DNA of 64,000 bases from Squalus acanthias. Taxonomy: Eukaryota. Below, piece by piece: positions 12,101 to 24,350 of the stretch. Made by a program: the position numbers and the translations under genes. The notes under the pieces were generated by a model. It saw only the letters and a program-made list of their open reading frames with translations. It made no database searches and was not told the DNA's origin. Numbering within the stretch: position 1 is the first letter of the stretch; each line of letters opens with the position of its first letter. The stretch is taken from the NCBI GenBank assembly GCA_030390025.1, contig CM059431.1, positions 94,180,001 to 94,244,000 of the forward strand, given 5' to 3'.

Positions 12101-15100
12101 GGGCTCGATTTTGCCAGGCCCGAGGAGGCAGGATTGGAGGCGTGTGAGGTGTTAAAATCGCAGAAAATGACAGGCGGCTCCGATCCTGCCTCCATCCCGC
12201 CTCCGAGCAATTTTCCCAGAATCGGGGTTTCAGACCCCATTTCCATCCCGCCTCCAAGATACGGGATAGGCCCTTAAGGCCCTTAACAACCATTTAATTG
12301 CCTCTATTATCCCATTTTGAGAGGCCTTTCTGATTTTGACACTTTTCCCCCGTCCCGCACGTCTCCTCTGGAACACGCCAGTTAATCCTGGCGGCCTCAC
12401 AAGTGGATTTCTTCCTAACAGCTGCACCTCCACCATTAAAAAGGAGTTTTCACCAATGATCATTTGCAGGTGGCAGTACTTTGTTGTCTCAGGTCTGGGG
12501 TAACTTGTAGCAGGCATACTCATTATTGTGGAAGTTTGGAGCCTGACACCCATCTCCAGTGTGATCTCCTGGGAATCCCCTCTCCCCACCTTGACTGAGC
12601 GCTTCCTCAACTGAGGCATATACCAGAAGCATGGGAACCATTGATTTCCTTTCCTCCTGGACATCAGATTCGGATGAAGACCAGCCGCGGCAGCAGCAGA
12701 ACCATGAACAACAGCGGCACCAACAGCAGGAGCAACAACAGGAGCGCCAAGCTGCTGCTCACACACCTGAAGCTGCACAGGCCAGAATGCGCCAGTGCCC
12801 AATCACATTGCTGCCCGGGATGCAAGGGACGCACTCATCTTGGCCAGATTTGCTTAGCCTGCCCAATCAAACACTTTTGCCTCGCACCTTCTTACCAGAG
12901 CATCGACAATGGACAAGAACCTGCGGATTCCTATAGTATATTCCTATCATACTGACAATTGCAAGTCACTCTAAGCCCTCAATGTGGAAGTCCCATTTGT
13001 GAAATGACACAGGCCACAACTTCAACAGTTTGCCATCAGAATTTTTTATCACAACAAGCAACTGATGGCATTTCAAAAATAAACACAACATCACACCCAA
13101 GTGACTACCCTCGTGACTACTTGTGCATTATCTTCCTCCTACGTGGTGCTTCCCCTGTGGCTTCAGCAGATGTGGAGGACGCTTGCTCACTTTCTTGCTG
13201 CTCCTGTCTCGACACCTTTGGCGGCCGTCCTCTGGGGTTGCGAACCTGTGAGAGCTCGGCAACAGTCTGCTGCTCCTGCGGCTGTGCAGGGGATGAGACG
13301 CCCATCTCAGTTGAGTGAGGATTCTGGTGGGGCTCTGACCGAGGGCTTTGCAGTGGCATGGTCGTGTGAGCACTTGGAGAGGAGCCCCCACTTCCTTGTT
13401 CTCTGCCACCAACATCCCTCTCATGGGTCAGCCCCATTTCAGAGCTAGCAAGTGGCTTGACAGCACCTTGCTGCACTTCAGGGGGGCCATGCGGAGCCAT
13501 TTCTGCACTGGCAGTCCTACTCCAGAGGACTTCCATGAAGGTCTGGTTTCTATGCTCAATAGCTGACCATCGCTCCACAAGAGATGCCAGTCTATTCTGA
13601 ACAATTACCATGTTTTCAACACTCTGGCGACTTAGCTCCTCCATGGCCATAGCCATCCTCTCCTCTACTGTCGCCATCCTTTCCACGGAGGTAGCCATCC
13701 TTTCCATGGAGGTTGCCATCCTTTCCGCGGTGATGTGTTCATTCGCCAATGCCTCCACAAAGGCTCTGCTCATGTTAGCGTTGGACTCCTCCATCTGCTC
13801 CACACTCGCAGTGACCCTGGAGACAATACCTGCCAGAGACTCCTGCACCTGTTCCTGGAGTTCCAGCACTGCTCTCCTTCTGGATGGACCCGGAGGCACA
13901 GGGTCAACATGCAGCTGAGCAGAGCTGGCAGAGTCCTGCGCCCTCCGATGAGGACTCTCCACTGCTGGACCTGTCTCCACCATCTGCTGATGCTCACTTG
14001 TGAGCTGTGATACACCAGGTGCCAACACTACTCTATCTAGCGAAGGTCCCACTGAGGTGTGAGTGTCTGCGCTGGTGCCGGGTGCGCTGAATTCTACTGA
14101 CGCTGCGCCCTCAGAGGTTGCAGCTTCCTCTGAGGAGTCTTGAAGCTCAGGCTGTTCCTCCTGGATAGTGGGGACGGGGGCTGTCGATGGTCCTTTGGGG
14201 GAGTAAAGGAAAGAGTTAGAGATGTGAGGTAAAGGTTGCATGAACATTGAATATTGCAGATGATCATATGTCAATCTGTTAGAGCATCAGAATCATTTTC
14301 AGTCACTCATGCAATGTCAATGAGAGAGATGCCAAACTATTCTGTCACCAGCTTGCTGTGATGCGCCCATCTGTCCGTCCCCCACTTGCGAATCTTTCTC
14401 GACACCGGCGATTTCCAGGGCCGCCTCCTCCGAGGTGGTGAGCTGGGCTACTGAAGGTGGCCCTCCTCCTGTCCTTGCTCTTTCCCTCTTATTGTGGGCT
14501 CTCTTTTCCTGCAATGAGGGACACAAGTGGAGTTTGAGTGAGAATGAAAGAGTGAGTGTAGAGAATCCATAGCAAAGATGCTTAGAAGGAGACAAAGGGC
14601 CCTCCCTGTGTGTTGTAAGTTGTTGTCATTGCATCACAGTGATAGGGAGTGTGAGAGCTGCTGGTCGAATAGTTAAGTGAATGTGACCATAGAGAGAGAG
14701 GGAATGGGTAAGGTTGCAGGGATGTAAGTGTCAAGTGGGATGTGGAGGAAGAGGTTGGCAAAGCAGCGTGCTGGTGAGGAGAGGAGATGGGGATTTGATT
14801 GAGGGTGATGGGAAAGTCATACTCACTTTTCCTGTGCGGAGAAGGTCATGAAACTTCTTCCTGTACTGCAGCCAGATTCTGCGGCGCATAGAGATTGAGT
14901 TGACCTCCTGGGCCACTTGCATCCACACAGCTTTAGTCTGCTGGGGAGGCTTTTTTCTCCCTGAGGAAGGGAAGAGCACCTCCTTATTTGATCTTGCTCC
15001 CTCCATCAGAGCTTGGAGGGAGGCCTCATCGAACCTAGGAGCACACTTTGGCCTACTGCTGGACATAGTTGCTGAATGAAGATATCACAACAATGGGCAT

Positions 15101-15346
15101 AAAGTTTAAAGTCTCCAGAAGAAGCAAGGCTGCTTGCAGGCCTTAAATCCAGCAACATTGATGACGTCATCGGAGGCGACTTTCTGTATGAAAAGACTCA
15201 TTGGGCCAGGGGTTTCCACACGCTGGAAATCAAGTGCCCAATTCGGGCAAAATCGCACTTTTTTCCCACTTCACATCGGAGTCGGGGCCCTGACACGAAA
15301 ACCACCTGACACGCCCCAGCCCGCCCCCAATGGCAAAATCGAGCCC
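12101..15346 (+). mobile_element. Harbinger element H1: transposase internally deleted, Myb/SANT-like gene retained
   Basis: Perfect 16-bp TIR GGGCTCGATTTTGCCA and TTA TSD on both sides. Only the transposase N-terminus (MGTIDFLSSW.., 12631) remains. Confidence 0.92.
13117..15066 (-). CDS. Harbinger Myb/SANT-like DNA-binding protein, 3 exons (15066-14827, 14508-14349, 14192-13117), apparently intact, ~491 aa
   Basis: Exon 1 contains APRF..L..LF..W..VA..R.W.Q.RKKF.DL. GT/AG boundaries in phases 0 and 1 join in frame (240+160+1076 nt). Same structure in H3. Confidence 0.8.
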
Positions 15347-15592
15347 TTAGGATCTCCTCCTTGAATGCCTCCACTGCTCTGACACTGATTTATCTTCAAG
15401 TAGCTGTATCCAGTCCACTTTGGCTAAATCCCATCTCAGCTTAGCAAAATTGGCTTTTCCCAATTTGAGAACTTTTATTCCTGATCTATCTTTGTCCTTT
15501 TCCATAACTACCCTAAATCTAACTGAATTATGATCACTAGCACCAAAATGCTCTCCCACTTCCACCTACCCAGCTTCATTTCTTAAAATTAA

Positions 15593-18026
15593 GGGGGCGA
15601 TTTTCCCAGCCCCGAGGAGGTGGGTTTGGAGGCGGGACAGTTGGCAAAAGCACAAAAAGTGAGGGCAGGTTCGGAGCCCGCCTCCAACCCGCCTCTGTGC
15701 AATTTTGCCGGAGGCGGGTTTGATGGGTGCGATTCGGTCCCGCCTCCATCAGTCAGGAAAGGTAGTTAAGACCCTTAAGTAGTCATTAAGGGCCTCTATA
15801 ATCCTATTTTGACAGGCCTTTGTTATTTTGCCACATTTTGTGTGTGTTGCACAACCCTCCTAAACCAGGCCAGCTAATCCTGGCGGGTTGACAAGTGGGT
15901 GTCCTCCTCACAGCTGCAGCTTCAGCATTAAAACGGAGCTTTCATCAGGGAGCAGTTGCAGGTGGCAGAATTTTTGTTCCACAGGTCTTTCAGCACTTTT
16001 AGCAGGCCTACCGAAGTTGGAAGTGCTGCAGCTTCTATCTCTCAACTGTGGGACCTCCTTGGAAGACCCCCTCCCCGCTTGGACTGAGCGCTTCCCCAAT
16101 GGAGGTATCTGCCAGCAGCATGGGAACCATTTATTTCCTTTCATCATGGACCTCAGATTCGGATGAGGAGCAGCCACGGCAGCAACAGAGCTAGGCAGCT
16201 CAGCAGCAACAGCAGCAGGAGCGCCAACCTCCTGCTCAGCCACCTGATGCTGCACAGGGCAGAAGGCGCCAGCGCATGGAAGCACGTCGCCGCAGGAGAT
16301 ACCCCCCTCTCAGGGTTTACAGACAGAGGATGCGTTACCTCAACATGACTGAGCAGCAGTGGCAAAGAATTTCACGAGAGGTTGTCGGAGACATCTGCGC
16401 ACTGCTGTACCAACACCTGGAGCCCAGAGGAGCGGGTGGACACCCCTTAACAGTGGCTGTCAAAGTCACCACTGCACTCAACTTTTTTGCCTCAGGCTCC
16501 TTCCAGGGATCATCAACAGACATCAGTGGCATCTCCCAGTTGGCCGCACACAGTTGCATCATGCAGTTTACCGATGCCCTTTTCGCAAAGGCGCACAATT
16601 ACATCCACTTCTCAAGGGATCAAGCAAGTGTAACCATGCGTTCAGTTGGCTTTGCAAATATGGCTGGCTTGCCAAGGGTGCAGGGCATCATAGACTGCAC
16701 ACATGTGGCCCTTCGGGCACCCCATCAAATCCCAGCTATCTTTGTCAACCGAAAGGGCTTCCACTCCCTCAACGTACAGCTGGTTTGTAACCACAAGAAG
16801 GAGATTTTGCATGTTTGCACCAAGTTCTGTGGTAGTTGCCATGACTTGTTCATCCTGCAGAACTCTAGTGTTCATCCGCTCTTCAATCCGCCAAACCAAC
16901 TTAACGGATGGCTCCTTGGTGACAAGGGCTACCCCCTGAAGAAGTGGCTAATGACGACGATCAGGAGGCCAGCTAACGAGGCTGAGGAGCGCTACACGCC
17001 AGCCACATTTCGACCAGGTCCATCATCGAGCAAACCATTGGCTTGCTGAGGATGTGATTCCAATGCCTTGACAAATCAGGTGGAGCCCTGCAGTATTCAG
17101 CAGCCAGGGTCTCCAGAATGGTTGTGGTCTGCTGTGCACTACACAACATGGCACAGCGTCATGGCTTGCAGCTTCCTGATGAGCAAGTGGTTCAGTTCAT
17201 AGCCTCCTTAGATGAGGAGGGGGAGGAGGAGGAGGACCGAGCGACAGCAGCAGCACGCGAGCACTTGGCTGCCCGTGATGCAAGGGATGCACTCATCCTG
17301 GCCAGATTTGCATAGGTTGCCCATTGTGGCACATGTGCTTGGCTTCTTCTTAACACATGATAGACAATGGACATGACTCTCTAGCCTCCTTTCACTCTGA
17401 CCACCAACCTGACCACGCAAGTGTCACGGAGCCCTCAATGTGGAGCTGCCTAAGCCAAAATAACAGATGCCATCATGCCAACAGTTTGCCATCACCTCAT
17501 TTCAATACATTCAAACAGGGATGGCATTTCATCAATAACCAGAAACAATCACCCAATCTGTACACAGAACTGGAGGTTATTTCCCTTGCCAGCTGGACCC
17601 ACACAGCCTTGGTTTCTTTGGGAGGCCTCTTCCTCCCAGATGAGGGGAAGAGCACCTCCCTGCTAGCTCTCGCCCCCTCAACCAGCATACCCAGTGCCTC
17701 ATCCGCAAACCTCGGGGAGGCCCTTGCTTTGGAGCTGGCCATTCTTCAAGGAGATAAAAGTTTGGAGGTGGTGCACCATTGACCAAAAACCAGTGAAATG
17801 AGCCAAGGCAGCAAGCAGCCCTTAAATGAAATTGGATAAGTGACGTCAGCAGAGGCGAGTTTCAGTCCCAAAAGATTAATTGGCCCAGGGGAACCCACAC
17901 CTCTGAAAGTAACTGGCCAATTAGGGGAAAATCGCAAATTTTTCCCACCTGACAGTGGAGGCGGGTTTGGAACCCACCCAAACCGAAACCCGCCTCCAAC
18001 CCGCCTCCAATGGGAAAATCACACCC
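15593..18026 (+). mobile_element. Harbinger element H2: transposase retained but disabled, Myb gene mostly deleted
   Basis: TIR GGGGGCGATTTTCCCA / TGGGAAAATCACACCC (14/16) with TAA TSD. Only Myb exon-1 remnant 17570-17742 remains. Confidence 0.9.
16120..17315 (+). pseudogene. Harbinger DDE transposase (HARBI1-like), disabled
   Basis: Motifs IDCTHV, GSCHD, LGDKGYP, CCALHN. Early in-frame TAG, frameshift near 16995 and a TGA near 17056. Confidence 0.88.
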
Positions 18027-18179
18027 TAAGTCTAGAACCGCCCCCTCCCTTGTTGGGCTTGTTACATACTGGCTAAAAAAGTTCTCCTGAATGCATTTTA
18101 GGAATTCCGCACCCTCTATACCTTTCACACTAATTTTATCCCAGTTTATATTAGGATAGTTGAAATAATATTAGGGTAG

Positions 18180-19811
18180 TTGAAATCTATCTTATGTCCT
18201 TCTCAATTATTATCTTAAAGCGTATTATATTGGTCACTATTGCCTAGATGTTCCCCTACTTTTACTTCTCTTATCTGTGCTGGTTCATTCCCCATTACTA
18301 GCTCCAATAGCAAATCCTCCCTTGTTGGGCTTTTTACATATTGGGTTAGAATGGAGTCCTGTACACATTGTAGGACCTCCATTCCCTTATCCCTTTTGCC
18401 TACCTCTTCTGTCCAATTAATATCAGGGTAGTTGAAATCCCCATGATTATTATTCTATGATTTTACTCATTTCCCTAATTTGTTTGCATATTTCTTCCAC
18501 CACCTCCCTTCTACTATTAGGTGGTCTGTAGACTACACCTATTAGTGTGATTGATCCGTTATTATCTTTTATCTCTATCCACATGGATTCTATTTCTGTC
18601 TTGCTGATAGCTGTATCACCTTTTTCTACTGCCATTATGTTATCCCTAATAAGTACAGCTATTTCACCTCCCCTTTTACCCTCTCTATCTTTTCTAATTA
18701 TGTTATACCCTGCAATGTTTAATTCCCAGTCCTGATTTTTCTGTAGCCATTTCTCAGTAATCCCTACTATGTCTGGTTCCTCGCAACACATGATTGCCTC
18801 CAGTTCCCCTGTTTTATTACGGACACTGTGTGCATTGCTCTACAGACAGTTTAACTAATTTTTAATAGCAGTTCCTCTTACTTTATTTTTAACCAGCTTT
18901 TTACACTCCTGTTCAATAACTCTATTTATTCCCTGGCCATCAATGTCCTCCCTTACTTTATTCTTTCCTATGCTCTCCTTTCCTGTTTTGTTTATATTTA
19001 GGCTGGTTTCATTTCTTGTAGATTCCTCCCCCATTTTACTAGGTTAAAGCCTTTGCCACATCCCTATTTACCCTTTCCGCTCAGACACGGGTCCCATCCT
19101 GGTTCAGGTGGAGCCCGTCCCATCGGTACAGCGCCTTCCTGTTCCAGTACTGGTGCCAGTGTCCCATGAAAAGTAACCCCTCTTTCCCACACCAGTCCTT
19201 TAGCCACATGTTAATCCGACTGATCTGACTGCTTCTATGCCCATTTGCATGTGACTCAGGCAATAATCCAGAGATTATTACCCCCGAGGTCCTGCTTTTT
19301 AATTTAGATCTTAACTCCTGATACTCCCTCAGCAGGACCTCCTTCCTATTCCTACCTATGTTGTCTGTTCTGACATGGACCAGGACAACTGTATTTACCC
19401 CACTCCCTTTCCAAATTCCTCTCCAGCTGCCACAAGATATCCCTTACCCAGGCAACAGACCCTTCGGGATTCTCGTTCTTGGCTGCAGTGGACGCTATCT
19501 ATCCCCCTAATTATAGAATCCCCTATCACTACCACATTTCTATTCTGCTCTTCCCCCCCACTTGGACAGCCTTCTGAGCCACGGTGCCTTGGTCTGCATT
19601 GTGGCTATCCTCTCCACAGCCTTTCTCCAATCCTCACAGGTAGCGAGTACATCATACCTGTTAGACAGGACCAGTGGCTGTGGGACCTCCTTCTCAACCT
19701 CTCCTAAGTCCCCGCTACCCGGCTCCCTAACAGTCACACCCTCCTTTTCCTGAACCTGTGCTTTCCTCTGAGGTGTGACTGTATTCTGGATAAAACTATT
19801 CAGAAATTCCT
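18180..19811 (-). mobile_element. CR1 fragment: ORF1 (esterase-like) and endonuclease
   Basis: ORFs 19081-19263 (DGLHLN) and 18450-18791 (GITEKW, YRPPNS). Confidence 0.85.
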
Positions 19812-21254
19812 CCCCCATGGGCTCCAAGCTCTGCGCAAAGCCCCATCCAATGTTGGAGCCTGACTCCTCCATGCTCCTTGACACTGACACGAGGCTCTCT
19901 GGCAGGCTTGCCATTGCACCTAGGATTTTGGTGTGCATGTCCATCACCCTTCTTCTGAAGGCTGCCCTATCAGGGTCATCATCTGAGTCATGTGCAGCAG
20001 AACTCATGCGTGAACTCACCCTCTGAGGAGCTGGCCCCCGAGCTAACCTTTCCTCCTGGCCTTGCTGCAGCCTACTCGTACCCGGTGCCTCACCATGTGC
20101 AGATCGCGCATCTAATCTACCCTCTACATTCTGCGCAGTGCCAGTTTCTGAGCTAGTGTCTGCGAGTGTCAGATGCAGTGATGGTGTGTCTTCTTCTTCA
20201 TCTCCACTCTCCTCCATGACTTGTTGGATGAGGGGGAAGCAGGATGTGAGAAGAAGGACTAGGAATGACCAGACCGTTATTGTCTCCAATGGCTTCAACT
20301 TCACCCGTTTCCCCTCCAATGATGCCAAGCACCATCTCCTCCGGTTGGCTCAAGGCCTGTAAAGCGGTTTTGCTGCCTCTCATCTGCCGCTGCTCCCGGC
20401 AGTTGTGAGCCACCTTGGCCTGCAAGAAAAGGGAAGTATGTCAATGATTGGGCCATAGTTGAATTTTGTCTGCCATGTGTCTGCCATAGTTGAATAGCTG
20501 TCAGTGTGTGCACGGTGTGAGATGTGTGTGTGAGTGTTGCAGCAGTGGTAAGGTTGTGAGGGTGAAGTGAAGCCATGATTGTGAGGTATGAGTGGTGATA
20601 GGTAGAGATTGTTGGTAGGTGAGTAATGGGGGTGTGGTGCATTGAGCTGTGTGTGAAGCTTGTGGTGCAGATGGTGGGATATGGCATTTGCTGAAACCTT
20701 CACTCACCTTGACCTGCCATGTAAGGTCATTAAACTTCCTTCGGCACTGTATACAGGTCCGCGGTACGACACTTTTGGCCGTGACGTGGGCAGCTATCTC
20801 TTGCCAGAGCCTTCTGCAAGTGAGCTTTGATGGCTTTCTGCCACCCTGCGGGAACAGGACACCCCGCCTTCTCTCTACTGCCACGAGCAATGCCTCGAAA
20901 GCTGCATTTGAGAACCTTCTGGTTTGTTCTCTATGTTCCTGATGTTGTTGCTGAGCCATGTCTTCAAACTCCAATGACAATGAAGTGCTGCTGCATCAAG
21001 GCACCTCCCCATTAAATAGTGGAGAGGGAATAGGCCAAACATTACTGGCCATTACACTTCACCCGATATTGGCCCACCTGTTGAGCGATAAGCCAACCTG
21101 CAGCGCATTTAGTGCTGAAACCAGCACTCAATTCATGTAAATGAGCAGGCAGCATGAATTTTGCATGCTGCCTGTACCACTTTGAATGGGCGCAGGCAAA
21201 TAGCGCTGGCCCACGACACCGCCCGTTTTTGGGCTATATCCAATTTCTAGGCCC
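19812..21254 (-). mobile_element. Harbinger right-end fragment H4 carrying the 5' part of a Myb/SANT-like gene
   Basis: ORF 20501-20980 has RFS..LW..QCRRKFNDL followed by a GTGAGT donor at 20707. Terminus AATTTCTAGGCCC. Confidence 0.8.
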
Positions 21255-21414
21255 ATATCATTAGAAGTGAGCAGTTCACAGTTGAAAACCCCCCATTTCC
21301 CCTGAAGATTAATCCATGCCCTGTTTTCCCATGTGAAATTACAACAGTTTAAATTGCTGCTCAAGCCACTTAGAGGCTGCTCCACTATTCATTAGGCAGC
21401 AGCTACATTCTGTG

Positions 21415-21440
21415 TCACACAGGAAAGGGAAACCACACGT
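21415..21440 (+). promoter_or_regulatory. Candidate promoter P1: ETS core (CAGGAAA) next to a RUNX site (AACCACA, 21431-21437)
   Basis: Motifs lie ~80-100 bp upstream of the leader ATG at 21519 in a repeat-poor stretch. Function is inferred. Confidence 0.4.
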
Positions 21441-21518
21441 TTCAGGCATTGCCAAGTTTTTTATCACTGTTGTAAAAGTATTTGCCTTAGCACTTGATGT
21501 GCTCTTTCCTCCTGTAAG

Positions 21519-21588
21519 ATGAAGTCATGTCATTCCAGTAAATCATTCTTCCACGCTGAAATAGTTCTGATTCTGGTCATTGCTTCAG
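21519..21588 (+). CDS. Candidate signal-peptide exon L1 of the IgSF gene (MKSCHSSKSFFHAEIVLILVIAS+G, phase 1)
   Basis: ATG in AAGATG context, hydrophobic core IVLILVIA, donor CAG|GTAAAG. Phase matches both V exons. Confidence 0.55.
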
Positions 21589-22247
21589 GTAAAGTTCTTA
21601 AACTGCATTTATTATTGTATTTATAAAATGAAACTGTCCTGTTATTTAGAATGAATTCAGTTTCACACAAATCATTTTGGATGTAAGCCAATCCCCAGAC
21701 GTAAGTCATTTTATTATCAGTGACACAATGATTTGAATCCAATTAATTCTTTTATAATGGGGAATATAAGCATAAATTTCCATTTTGGGAAACTTTTTTG
21801 CATCTGCAGCCCATCATTTTCCATCCACTAAAATGAATGGGTGAAAAATGATAGACTTGTGGTGTGCAGTTTCCTGATATGAGCTCCAGACCCAACAGGG
21901 GTAGGAAATGTATTTCTTTACTGGATTACTTCAATAAGCTGCTGTATTTTCAGAACCTTTTTGTATCTATGTGCGATTATAAATGATTACATAAATTTAT
22001 GCTGGTACCTATCAGCTAAATGCTCACAGACCCACTTTATCTGCATTAGTTTTGATGAATCGGTTCACAAGTTTTGAGTGAAATTCCTTTGTTTGCTATT
22101 TTGATAAATCATTAATGCATATTATTTGTGAACCCACGATCTTGGAAAGTATTTTCAGGCACCCGAATGTGCAACTACCCCATTCAAATCTGATAACTGC
22201 CTGTTCATATCAACTTGCGGCTTAACAGACCCGGAGAAAGAAATAAT

Positions 22248-22943
22248 GGCCCAGATTTTGTTGAAAAAGTAACGTTTTCTGAACGACGCACACTGTTATT
22301 AATGTACAAATCGGCCAGCAACTTGTGGCAAGGATGAGGTACCCCATGAATTGCGAATCGCCATGCTGGCCGATTTGTGCCACTCTGCCATTAGATTCAT
22401 GAAAACGGAATCTCACACTTAACCTCCGTGTGATTTTCATGAAGTTGTTGCATTTGCACTTTAATTGTCCATTAATTACCCTTTTAACAATGTGATAATT
22501 GTGAATGACTGCCAATCAACTTCTCTTGCCCAGAAAGTGTGGAGACTCATTCGTTCAGGTTGTGAATTGTTTTAGGAGATTTAAAAAATATCAAAAAATG
22601 TCTTACTTTTTGTTTATGTCTCTTTTCTCTCTCCTCTCTTAATCCAATATTTCTTTCTCTCTATTTCTATTTCTGTACTTGATTTGGCATTGAATTCACT
22701 CACTCCAATTCACCTTCCTTCTCAATTCTTTCTCTGTTTTTTTCTTAATCCTTAAATCACATTGGTTAAGGAGATACACTGTTTGTCCCATTGTTCACCG
22801 AGGTCCCAGATGCCCTGTTGCCCTCACTGCACCGTTATCAGATCGCACATCCAGTAACTTTGTGGACAAAAGTTTTTAAAACCTAAGCGTGCACAAACAA
22901 GTCTAACTAACAGAGCATGGCTCACTCCATCAAATTCTGGGCT
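22248..22943. mobile_element. Old non-autonomous TIR element (Harbinger-like MITE)
   Basis: Termini GGCCCAGATTTTG / CAAATTCTGGGCT with flanks AAT/ACT. Confidence 0.55.
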
Positions 22944-23175
22944 ACTGTATCAATGCAATGCAGAAATCCAAAGAGAAATGTTGCTAATCTTGTGGAGAAA
23001 AGAATGATGAATGGTCTAGACTAGCTGTGGTTCATGATTATCTCTGGCTCAGTGTAAAGCTCATAGTAGTCTCCATTAATCTTGTCTTGGTTGTTTGGAG
23101 TGGATGCTCAATATTATTTAGTTATTTCTTGATAATGTGCTTGTTGTAAAAGACTCATGCAGAATCATAGCAAAA

Positions 23176-23600
23176 TAAAGAAAGAACTTGTACTTGTAGA
23201 GCACCTTTCACGACCTCCGGACTTCCCAAAGTGCTTCTCAACTAATTAAGTACCTTTGAAGTGTAGTCACTGTGGTAATGTAGGGAAATGTGGTAGTCAA
23301 TTTGTGCACAGCAGGATCCCACAAACAGTAATAAGATAAATGACCAGCTAATCTGCTCTAATGATGTTGGTTTAGGGATAAATATTGGCCAGCTCAAGAA
23401 AAGAACTCCCTCCTCTTCTTCAAATAGTGTCACGGGATATTTTACATCGATCTGCGAGGGCAGAATGTCCTGGTTTAACATCTCATCCTAAAGACGCCAC
23501 CTCTAATAATACAGCACTCCCTCAGTAGTGCACTGAAGTGTCGGCCTGGAGTGGAACTTTAACCCACAACCTCCTGACCCAGAGTCATGTACGAGTGCTT
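23176..23600 (-). mobile_element. Deu-domain tRNA-derived SINE (SacSINE1-like)
   Basis: Reverse-complement homology to 46148-46470. tRNA-like head at ~23545-23600 and (TCTT)n tail. The family name is from recognition, not a search. Confidence 0.7.
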
Positions 23601-23879
23601 GTATTAGATTCCCCTGTATGTTCTATATCTAGTACAGAGTTAATACAATGAAGCTCAAATACAAATACTTAATACACATTTCTATTTGTAGTATTTTTAG
23701 ACAGATGTTTAGCATGTTTATTTTGCTTAGATCAAATCTGTGAAAAGAATAGAACAAACAGCGGATTCTAATACAAGCACTTGTACACGAGCTTTGCTAA
23801 TCAACATTTCTACCCTGTCTTCTGGAGTGTCACAGACAGCGTGCATTAACAGAAGTGATGTTACCCACAAGATAAGCTT

Positions 23880-24350
23880 GGAACCATAGAAGTTTACAGC
23901 ACAGAAGAACACCATACGGCCCATCGTGTCTGTGCCGGCTCTTGCCTAGCACAATCCAAAACCAATCTCACTGCTCTACTATCTCCCCATAGTCCTCTAT
24001 CTTCATCTGCTTAAAATGTTAATCCACTTTTGCTTTAAATATTGCAATAGTCTTTGCCTCAACCGTTGCCTGTGGCTCTCTCTACCGAAATAAATTTCTC
24101 CTAACCTCTCTCTTTAATCTCTTAGTGACAATTTTAAATTGATCAGCCCTCATTTGATTCCCTAATCAGAATCAATGGCCTTTCCCTATTTACCCTATCG
24201 AAAGCATTCATAATTTTATAAACCTCGATTACATCTCTAACCTTCTCTGCAGTGAAAATAGTCCCAGTATCTCAAATCTTTCCTCATAATTATAGTTTTT
24301 CATCCCGGTATGATTCTAGTCAATCCATGCTTTTTTGCTTTAACAACCTT
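23880..24350 (-). mobile_element. Degenerate CR1 3' fragment
   Basis: CATAGAAGTTTACAGCACAGAAG tail, similar to 7173. Confidence 0.7.

Larger units (their letters stand above)
11726..18170 (-). mobile_element. CR1 ORF2 fragment split by two Harbinger insertions (pieces 11726-12100, 15350-15592, 18030-18170)
   Basis: The CR1 reading is continuous across both insertions once one TSD copy is removed. Confidence 0.8.

Noticed and set aside
16120..17315. Host HARBI1 gene
   Set aside because: Lies inside TIR/TSD-bounded elements, is multi-copy in this window and is disabled.
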